Shown: piece after piece, positions 53,786 to 64,000 of the stretch
Position numbering within the stretch: position 1 is the stretch's first letter
Layout of the letters: every line of letters starts with the position of its first letter
DNA from: Octopus vulgaris
Taxonomy: Eukaryota
Direction of reading: 5' to 3'
Length of the DNA stretch: 64,000 nt
Assembly (NCBI GenBank): GCA_951406725.2
Contig: OX597825.1
Location: 5,270,001-5,334,000 of the forward strand
Made by a program: the position numbers and the translations under genes
Notes under the pieces: model-generated
Told to the model about the DNA's origin: nothing
Databases searched by the model: none
The model's input: only the letters and a program-made list of their open reading frames with translations

Positions 53786-55486
53786 AAAAAAAAGGAAACA
53801 TTTGGAAATATGTGAAGGAAATTCAAAATTCCGAAAGATAACGGAAGTATACTTCACAACTCAACAAAAATCAACATAACTATATATTTTTTTTGAAATT
53901 CCATCTATGAGAATTCTATATGAATTTGATTCTACATATGTTAAAGCTGATCTCAAACCATTGCCAAAACCCTTTTACCACAATGCTTTTGAACATTGCA
54001 AAACACTCCAGATTCCGAAATTCTATCAGAACAGCTGCTTTCCCTCTTCTGTACTTGGCTCTCTTTGTCTTTTAGAAAATTCTAGGTTAGAGTTTTAAAA
54101 TATATCAAAAACAAAGCAGCCAACCAGAAACGGATGAATTTGGAAATATAACTGTGACAGCTTTGTGTATTGCTTTCTTAACATTCTATTTTGCAGTCTG
54201 AAGGACAAATACTCGGACAAAAATCAAGAGTTGCGGCTAAAATGACCGAAACTTTCCGAATTTAACTACAGAGATGAATCTAATGTGTACGTACGTATAT
54301 GTGGTGTGTGTATGTGTGCACAAATATTAACATGTACATGACACTTTGTAATTGTGGTTCAAATTGAAAGGGTGAAACTATTTTCACTTACTAATGAAAC
54401 CTGGTCGTTGTAGAGTAGTGTCTTTCAAATAACTTTAGCTGGTTGTTGAGATAACGTAGAAAATATATAAACGAAAATAAAGTTTATTTGGTAGACGAAA
54501 GATTACTGGATCTTTTGATACCCAATACGTCAGCATTGGCATCTGACTTTTTGAATGTATAAGGAACATACGCACACTCACACACAAACTCTCTTATATA
54601 TATACATACATACACACATATATATATGTGTGTGTGAGCGTGTGTGTAAGTGTATATATATGTGTGTGTGTGTTTATATATATATATATGTATATGAATA
54701 CATGCAAACATACAAACATACATACATACATATATTCATAAATACATTCATGCGAACATACATATATACATACATACATACATATATACATACATACATA
54801 CATACATACATACATACATACATACATTATGTATATGTGTAGTGAGAAATTGAGAGATAGAAGTTGTGTATATATTTGTTAGTACTACTTGTGACGGATT
54901 TGAAAAGTAGCGGAGATGTTTCTGATTGGTTAACAAGTTGGATCGAATGTTTGGAAGACAGCTTCGAAAAAGAAGTTAAATGTTTAGGGTACAAATGAGC
55001 AAATATTTTTTGTATGAATGAAGAATAAATGGATGAATGAATGCATGAATGATTGATTAGTTGTTTGTTTGTTTGTTTTTGTTCGTTGACTCATTCATTA
55101 ATTTGTTCACAGTGTCTGTTGAATTAGCGTCAATTGCAATTAAACATCCAGAATGTTAATTGGTTTTCATTATCCTGTTGTAAGAACTGTAAATTTATGG
55201 AGGTGAGTTAATTGGAGTGAGAAGGCAAACTTTTTATTCCTAACAGATAAATGAAATATTCATACGGTTTACTTGTTTATATATGTGTATGTTATGTATA
55301 TACAGCTATATGTGTATATTTAGGTGTTTTTGTATACATACACTACATCTACTTGCACTACATCTATTTGTCTGAAGTATTTAAAACAGTCTGAATCAGT
55401 TCCGCGCTTTGGAAGCCTGAAGGAGTCGAGCTTTCGTTAGGGGCCTGCGAAACTCGTATACTTATTTATATATATACACATTTATA

Positions 55487-55572
<86 letters not shown>

Positions 55573-55706
55573 CTCACGCATACATATATAAATAGCCAAA
55601 ACCACACATTCTCACCACATACCCACACATACCCCCTTCTCTTACACTCTCCTATCTTAGAAAGAACTTTTTCTTCACCCATTCCCTCCGGTCATTTCAA
55701 AATGTA

Positions 55707-56023
<317 letters not shown>

Positions 56024-56242
56024 TGTATGTATGTGCGCGTGTGTGTATGTTTCTGATTGGTTAACAAGTTGGATCAAAGGGTTGGGAAACAGCTTCTAAA
56101 AAGAAGTTAAATGTTTAGGGTGCGAATAGGCGAATGTTTTTGTATGAATGAAGAATAAATCGATCATTGAATGAATGAATGGCGGTGCATCAGCCTAGCC
56201 GCAGCTCGGAGCTGAAACTGCAGAGAAAATATATACATAGAT

Positions 56243-56645
56243 ATGCGCAAGAGTGGCTGTGTGGTAAGTAGCTTGCTAACCAACCACATGGTTCCGGGTT
56301 CAGTCCCACTGCGTGGCATCTTGGGCAAGTGTATTCTGCTATAGCCCCGGGCCGACCAATGCCTTGTGAGTGGATTTGGTAGACGGAAACTGAAAGAAGC
56401 CTGTCGCATATATGTATATATATATGTGTGTGTGTATGTGTTTGTGTGTCTGTGTTTGTCCCCCTAGCATTGCTTGACAACCGATGCTGGCGTATTTACG
56501 TCCCCGTCACTTAGCGGTTCGGCAAAAGAGACCGATAGAATAAGTACTGGGCTTACAAAGAATTAGTCCCGGGGTCGATTTGCTTGACTAAAGGCGGTGC
56601 TCCAGCATGGCCGCAATCAGATGACTGAAACAAGTAAAAAAGAGA
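56243..56645 (+). mobile_element. SINE family B, complete reference copy
   Basis: tRNA-like head (TGGCTGTGTGG, GGTTCAGTCCC), CTTGGGCAAGTG block, internal (TA)/(TG) tract, 3' half ending ACAAGTAAAA. Confidence 0.88.
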
Positions 56646-57221
56646 AAGAGAAGGAGATGTACATACATATGTGTGCGGCAACACACAAACGCATACATTA
56701 GTGTGTGTGAGTCTATGTTTGTGTGTGTGGGGGGTGTTTGTCTGTGTCTTTGTGTAATTGTAAAAGGTACACTCATCCACGACGATCACATTCATCCACA
56801 ACGACCCCGCACGATAAACAGTGACTATAAGAGGAACCCAGGCGAGTAAATCTATACATTGATACTTGGATATTCACCGCCTGAAATTTTTCAGTCTTTG
56901 TTTTCTCTTTATTTACATATATATATATGTATATATATTTTCTATATGTTCATTCCTATAATTGCATGCATATGTATTTATATATATATATATATATGCA
57001 TGTACTTGTAGTTTTGTTTCTTTTTAAATAGTTCTACTTTTTATGCCTCCTCACCTTTTTCTTTTGATCTCTTCGGCGCTTTATACTACATATCATTATT
57101 TACATTCAATTGAATAGTGCAATTTTTACTTAATTTTCCGGTACCATTCATTAATATAATTATTAATAAATGAGTTTATGTTCATTAAGGTATATATAAA
57201 AGCATACGTGTTTGTGTAAGT

Positions 57222-57332
57222 ATGTGTCTGTATGAATGTATGTATATATGCATGTATGCATGTGTGTATGTATGTATGCATGTATGTATGTATGTATGTA
57301 TGTATGTATGTATGTATGTATGTATGTATGTG

Positions 57333-57364
<32 letters not shown>

Positions 57365-57432
57365 TATATGCATGTATGTATGTGTGTATGTATGTATGTA
57401 TGCATGTGTGTATGTATGTATGTATGTATGTG

Positions 57433-57464
<32 letters not shown>

Positions 57465-57702
57465 TGTATATATTTATGTACGCATGTATGTATGTATGTA
57501 TTTATGTATGTATGTATGTACGTATGTATGTATGTATGTATTTATGTATGTATGTATGTATGTATTTATGTATGTATGGATGTATGTATGTATGTATGTA
57601 TGTATGTATGTATGTATGTATGCGCGCATGTATGTATATATGTACGTATATATGTATGTATGTATGTATGTACGCATGTATGTATGTATGTATGTATACA
57701 TG

Positions 57703-57736
<34 letters not shown>

Positions 57737-57756
57737 TGTATGTATGTATGTATGTA
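57222..57756. repeat. Long (TATG)n microsatellite
   Basis: Read directly from the sequence. Confidence 0.95.
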
Positions 57757-58090
57757 TTAGCATGGCCTCTCTCTTTATAAGTATTTGATATTACTGAAAT
57801 GTATAGCGATTAAATATATATATGTTACATCTTGGATTGCATATCGCAAAGATAATAGAACCCCTGTATAGTTCAATACTGCTATAGAAATATTTGCATT
57901 CCATTTCAAAAGAAGTGCTACAACTTTGACATTAACTCGTAATAATCAATAAAACGAAGTTAAACTGAGAGGTTTTTGACGTCCACAGCAATGTTCAGTA
58001 AAGCATATTATAGCTAGGTAAATAGTCCTTGAAACGGTTTAGTTAACCATTGCTAACAGATGTGTTATATAAGTTGTTGCGCTAGCTAGA

Positions 58091-58422
58091 AGACCCCCTT
58101 TGGTCATGAATGACCATGGGAATGCTCCGAGAATGTTACCCTCCGAGGCACGTATCCGGGCAAGGTTAGGTTCTGAAAGACCAACAGTCACCTATGTATA
58201 CCGGCCTCCCCTCTCTATACCACCGATGTTATCCAAGGGAAAGGCAAAGGGGCCGATACAGATTGGCACCAGCGACGTCCCATCTCTACAGCTGAGAACA
58301 ACTGGTACAATGCGAAATAAAGTGTTTTGCTCTGCAACACAACACACACCCCGGTCCGGGAATCGAACTCACTACATAGTGATTGTCATCCCGATGCTCT
58401 ATCCACTGATCCATGCGCCTTC
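58091..58422 (-). mobile_element. tRNA-derived SINE (family C-like head, distinct body)
   Basis: Minus strand: GGCGCATGGATCAGTGG A box, GAGTTCGATTCCC B box, GTTGTGTTGCAGAGCAAAACACTTTATTTC. Confidence 0.7.
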
Positions 58423-58986
58423 AGTGTTGTGGCGCCTATTCATATTCTAAGCTATCACATCGAGCTTTCTTGTTTGTTTATTGCTTACTGTATTTATTAT
58501 CATCTTTAAGTAGTGAAAGAGCCTCCGGGTCGTTGTTCCAGGCCTTCACATTGTCAAACAGCATTTTTGCTTAAATCAGTGGTTCATAAACAGGGTCTAC
58601 ATGCTCCTGAGGGTCCATATGAAAATATGGGGGATCCATGCAAAAAAAAAAAACCCAGTAAACTGCGTGTCCACAATTTTATTTTAAGGGTCAGGCTAGT
58701 TGTCAGACTAATTGGTCAGATATAGTTATCAGAGATCACCAAGAAAAAAACAATGCTTACTAATTGACTTTAGATAAAAAGGGTAGACTAATGGTTTGCT
58801 GTTACTAGGGGATGCAAACTGGGACTCAATCAATCCCTGGCTGGGTGAACTGGTCACAGGTGTCTGGTGTTGAAAGAGCCTAATTTCCCTGACGCATTCC
58901 TGACGATACATTACGGAGCATCCATGAGATGTATCGTAAAATTATTATCTCACAATGGTCTCAATTTTTCAGTTACATACTTGAAT

Positions 58987-59150
58987 CAGTTTCAAATTTT
59001 GACACAAGGCCAGCAATTTCGGGAGAGACGGTAAATTGATTACATCGATCCCAGTGATCTACTGGTACTTACTTTATCGACTCCGGAATGATGAAGGGCA
59101 AAGTCGACCTCGGCAAAATTTGAACACAACGTACAGACAGACGAAATACC
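58987..59150 (-). mobile_element. SINE family M, truncated
   Basis: CACAAGGCCAGCAATTTCGGG...GCAAAGTCGACCTCGGC. Confidence 0.75.
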
Positions 59151-59890
59151 GGAGAGCAAGTTTCATCCCTGAATTAAAAGTTGCATATGAACGAGTAATT
59201 ATTAATTTTACACTGAGTTCACAGATTCCCCAGATATTCGTTCATCCTCTTGTACCCGCGAACCTTATGCTAGAAATTATTGCTCTAGATGGCTCTACGA
59301 TCTACTAAAGATTCGAACTCGGTCTTTCTGAAACCCCCTAAACCCTACAAACTGGACAACATCATCCTAGATACACATTAAGTCTAAATAATAATAAAAA
59401 TGGTAACAATTACAGATGAAAGGCGTTCAATCATAGACCTGTTCTGTTTGGGTTGAACTATGACGATACAATAACAACAACTATTATTGTGCACGATGGA
59501 GACCAACAACATGTAAAAAATACCAGCGAAATCCCTCTGAAATCCCCCACTCCACCATGTTGGAAAATATCATCCCAGATACTATGAATAAAGGATGGGA
59601 TAATCACATGAAACGCATTTGATGATAGCCCTTGTCTGTTAGGACTCAACTGTGACCAAACTATAATAATGATAACTGTTGTTGAGAGCGATACAATACA
59701 AGAGCGAGGAGAGTTAATTTTTCTCCTACCATGTCTAAACTAGAGAGACAAGGCTTGGCTTCGATTAGGAAACACTCTTGTACTTTTTTCATTACAAAAA
59801 GTTAAATATGGTGACAGATGTTTCCTAATGCCTACCGCTGTAGCGCAACCCACGCATGACCTAAATTTCCATTAATATAATTAATAATAA

Positions 59891-59931
<41 letters not shown>

Positions 59932-60037
59932 ATAACAACAACAGCAACAACAAAAACAATAATAATAATTATATTCATAATGATAATAACAACAACAACA
60001 ACAACGATAATAATAATGATAATAATAATAATAATAA

Positions 60038-60068
<31 letters not shown>

Positions 60069-60112
60069 AAGAAGAAGAAGAAGAAGAAGAAGAAGAAGAA
60101 GAAAGAAAGAAA

Positions 60113-60909
60113 GAGACGAAGCAAAACCCCAACAAATACTGGGAGGCTCAGGACTCAAAGCAGAGCCTGAAGGATTTTTAATTGCAGCACAAGACCAAAT
60201 CCTCCTCACCAAAAATTACCAAAAACATATAATGAAAAGAAACATAACAAGTAACTGCAGAATATGTGGAGCTGGACAAGAAACAATAAATCATATTATC
60301 TCTGGCTGCCCAGTCCTGGCTAAGAAGGAATATATTCACAGACACGACAGAGTTGGGATGTATATGCAATGGAAGCTATACCAAAACTATTGAATGACAA
60401 CAGAAAAAAGATGATATAGGCACACACCAGAAAAGGTCACAGAAAATGAGAAAGCAACCATATTCTGGGATATGCCAATACACACAGATAGAGAAATTAA
60501 GGCCAATAGGCCAGATATATTTGTCAGAGATCACCAAAAAATAAAAATGCTTTCTAATTGATGTAACAATATTAACAGATGACAACGTTTCTCTAAAAGA
60601 AACGGAAAAACTTTTAAAATAAAAAAGATTTAGAAACCGAGGTAATTCGAATGTAGCGCCTAAAAACAGAAGCAATTCCTATTATGGTAGGCGCATTATG
60701 TATGATAAAAAAATTTTCAGACAAATACATAACAAAAACACCAGTATATATAACATACAGAAAATAGCACTACTAGGCACCGCATACAGCCTACGTAAAA
60801 CTATTTCAATACAGTGAAAATACGAGCATCACAGCAAACTACAGCACATACTGCTCACAGGTTAAGCTTAGTAGTGCAATGAAAGCACGTGATAAAAATA
60901 AAACTACTG
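60113..60909 (+). pseudogene. R4/Dong-like non-LTR retrotransposon 3' end (CCHC knuckle plus restriction-like endonuclease)
   Basis: EGFLIAAQDQ..TKNY...CRICG..QETINHIISGCPVLA..EYIHRHD; WDMPIHTDREIKANRPDI...FLIDV...EK. In-frame stops are present and the 3' end runs into (AAT)n. Confidence 0.88.
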
Positions 60910-60958
60910 AATAATAATAATGATAATAATGATAATAATAATAATAATAATAATAATG

Positions 60959-60995
<37 letters not shown>

Positions 60996-61029
60996 CAACA
61001 ACAACAACAATAATAATAATTAAAAAAAT

Positions 61030-61067
<38 letters not shown>

Positions 61068-61095
61068 TAATAATAATAATGATAATAATAATTAT

Positions 61096-61182
<87 letters not shown>

Positions 61183-61194
61183 GATATGCTGACG

Positions 61195-61564
61195 ATATGT
61201 GCATCTCTGATCACGAGCAGATGTAGTGGGGGAGCATCATAGCCATGTGTTGAAAGGAATTCTTGGAGGTTTGGATAACTCACCTCTGGAAACTTGGGTG
61301 TTTCGTTCAACATCCTTAAACAATCCTTATTCAGGGACCTTTTGAGCAGGATGGGCTACTCGAGCTGAAGAAAATTCTAACTGGGCCCCCACCTGCAAGG
61401 TAATGCTCTGTTTATCTTGATACGAGACCACCGTATCGCGTACATATGGTTGTGATGCATGTGCCTGGTGTACCCTTATCAGACGGGTAGTCATGATGTG
61501 TATACTGGGTTTCGTATATTTTAACGCAGTGTCACTTTGATGGCATGCAGTGCTCTCTCACTCA
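61195..61564 (+). mobile_element. 3' end of an (AAT)n-associated retroelement
   Basis: Homologous to 38602-38845, with (AAT)n on both sides. Confidence 0.7.
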
Positions 61565-61696
61565 ATAATAATATTAATAATAATAATAACCTTTCCATTA
61601 TTAACCACAAGAGTAAATAAATACCGTACAATATATGACATACTAAAAGGTTTACAAAACACATACACACACACACACATACATACATACATAAAT

Positions 61697-61737
<41 letters not shown>

Positions 61738-61779
61738 CGTGCGTGCGTGTGTAAAGAGTCGGTGAATAAGTTGTATAAA

Positions 61780-62551
61780 TTGCGCTGTGTGGGATGATAA
61801 ATAAAAGCACAACGTCACCATCACTAGTGATCACTCGAAACACCATGATGTTGACTGGACGCTTGATATTTATCACCCTAGGTACATGTTTTGTGTACAC
61901 GGCAGGTTGTATGCACTGCAGAACGGTTGTTCTGCGTGTTCACCATCTGATCCTGACAGAAATTTTTCTCGTCTGAAAAAAAAACAAAGCATGTTCGGAT
62001 GCTTGAGTTTGTTTAAAAGCTTCGTTGCGCGGTCTTTCCTCTTGTCCCTGATAAATTGGGATAAAAATTGGCCCTTTCTCATCTTGTATGAGGAATACCA
62101 AATGTCTTCATGCATTACCTACCTAATAAGAAACTCGGGCACTATGTCCCTGGCGATGGGTCTGATTGACTTGGAGGTATCGTTGTCAATCATGGTGATC
62201 TGGATCTCACCAACAAATTCAGGAGTTCTTTTCTGAACAGAACGATCAGAGTGAGTTTTCCGCGCTGCCGTACCTTCGTAATCACCAGTAAACGCATCCA
62301 ACTCTTTCCAAATCCTCTCTACTGTCCTCAAATTGACATCCACTCTGGAATGTTCATACTGGAGATTCCGGTGCGGATGTCAAGCAGTACAGCATGTCAT
62401 TTCCAAATTTCTGGCAGAGAGAATTGCGTCATGGTGCTGATTTTCCAACAGACGGTGCCCAACTGACCCTACAATACTGTGTAGTCGACAAAAACAAACA
62501 AGGCTCATGCGTTAAATTAAAAATATAAAATGGCGACAATTTACCCATCGC

Positions 62552-62557
<6 letters not shown>
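61780..62557 (-). mobile_element. Tc1/mariner-superfamily (maT-like) transposon remnant, 3'-truncated
   Basis: Frameshifted VNLRTVERIWKEL...KRTPEFV...SKSIRPIARD; YKMRKGQFLS...RATKLLNKLKH; FFSDEKNFCQDQMVNTQNNR; PVNIMVFRVITSDGDV. A TIR-like end lies at 62527-62557 next to (TA)n. Confidence 0.75.
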
Positions 62558-62599
<42 letters not shown>

Positions 62600-63323
62600 A
62601 CGGGCTTCTATCAGTTTCCGTTCTCCAAAATCTAACAAGGTTTGCTCGGCCCGAGACTATAGTAGAAGACACTTGCCCAAGGTGCAAGTAATGCTACAGA
62701 GAATAGGCATTTTTTCCCCATACTTCGTCCATACTTTCTTTTTTTCCATTGTGCAGTTTCATATTGAGGAACCTCTATGAATTACAACATTAGCAAAAGC
62801 TGAGTTTTATTTTTTGTAGCTTTTGCTGTTATTAATGTTTTTATTGTATTTCTCGATTGAGACAACGTGTGTTTTCAGTTCTGTTTGAAGTACTTTTGGA
62901 CTGTAATCATGTTTGCAATAATGATTTTTGTTCAAACGTCATGCTGTCTGACATGTTTTTTAATATATATATTTCTAATGTTTTCGTCTTTGAAAATTAT
63001 TGTGGGGGTGGAGGACCTATTGAATTAATTTCTTTTATTTCTTTATTCAGCATTGTGCTGCATATCTCCACCTACGATCATTGATGTGAGAAAATTCACA
63101 AGTGGCCTTCTAGTTGAAAAATACGCACGCAAAAAAAAAAAGATGTTTTTCCAGCCCAGAAAAACGAGATGGCAGGAGAAATAATCCAAGATGTCCCTTG
63201 TTAGTAAACATAAACAAAAAGGATAACATGTTTATCAACGTGTAACCCAAGAAGAAATCACTTTCTAAGCGAAGCACTGCAAAAAGTTTTTGTTCACCAT
63301 AAACTACTACTGCTACTAGTAGT

Positions 63324-63692
63324 GAAGGTGCAATGCCCTAGACGACTCGCGGTCGTGGGATCGCAGTTTCGATTCCCAGACTGGGCATTTTGAGTGCTTA
63401 TTGAGCAAAAACACCTAAAGCTCCACGAGACTCCGGCAGGAGGTGGTGGTGAACCCTGCTGTATCTGTATTTCAAGTACATGTTCTAGGTACATGCTTTG
63501 TGTACACGACAGGTTGTTTCTGCTGTATCTGTATTTCAAAAAGGGCCAATCTAGTCCCACACTATGTCACGCTGAATCTCCGCGAGAACTACGTTAAGGG
63601 TATACATGTCTGTGGAGTGCTCGGCCACTTGCACGTTAATCTCACGGGCAGGCTGTTCCGTTGATCGGATCGACTGGAACCCTCGTCGCCAC
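63324..63692 (+). mobile_element. SINE with family A head and a different 3' body
   Basis: GACTCGCGGTCG..GATCGC.GTTTCGATTCCCAGAC...AAACACCTAAAGCTCCACGAG is shared with 852-990; the downstream sequence differs. Confidence 0.75.
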
Positions 63693-63693
63693 A

Positions 63694-63783
<90 letters not shown>

Positions 63784-64000
63784 ATTGTACCGTCGTCAGA
63801 AATAACAACAATAAAAATACCAAAAATAATATTAACAACAACAACTACAAACGGATGCTTTGAAATAAACGCTATTCTATCGATTGATGACAGCTGACTT
63901 TGTAAGACAGTCATTTTATACTCGGTTTTGTATGTTCGTCATCAATTTATATAATACTTGATAACCTCCTTTTTAAGACATTTTTACTTTTTCTTTTTCT

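Noticed and set aside
54195-54256. CTGAAGGA...CCGAAAC downstream of the Penelope ORF, and a similar pattern at 55417-55460
   Set aside because: The core does not fit CUGANGA and I could not draw convincing helices.
58577-58695. hAT-type MITE starting CAGTGGTTC
   Set aside because: No matching opposite terminus or 8-bp TSD found.

Overview
AT-rich, microsatellite-saturated eukaryotic non-genic (intronic or intergenic) DNA. The repeat landscape suggests an octopus-like cephalopod genome, which is an inference. No host protein-coding gene can be called confidently, and almost all ORFs in the track are translated microsatellites. The window holds dozens of tRNA-derived SINE copies of several families. 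DNA transposons are one near-complete DD34D mariner (5481-6733), an internally deleted mariner, a mariner MITE and a Tc1/maT-like remnant. LINE fragments are RTE, L1/Tx1, CR1-like and R4/Dong-like, and there is a decayed Penelope-like element (RT plus GIY-YIG, 52386-53785). The main signal is a set of short non-coding elements embedded in (TA)n tracts that carry hammerhead-ribozyme cores. Some are ordinary minimal type I hammerheads. In at least two sequence-divergent families (4952-5024, 10533-10608, 25246-25334, 26031-26119, and partially 49736-49782) the hammerhead core strands and helices appear in a scrambled strand order that is not a circular permutation, with sequence-divergent helices that still pair. 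One such element carries two identical copies 785 nt apart, a retrozyme-like layout. Coordinates of decayed repeats are approximate and were read by eye.
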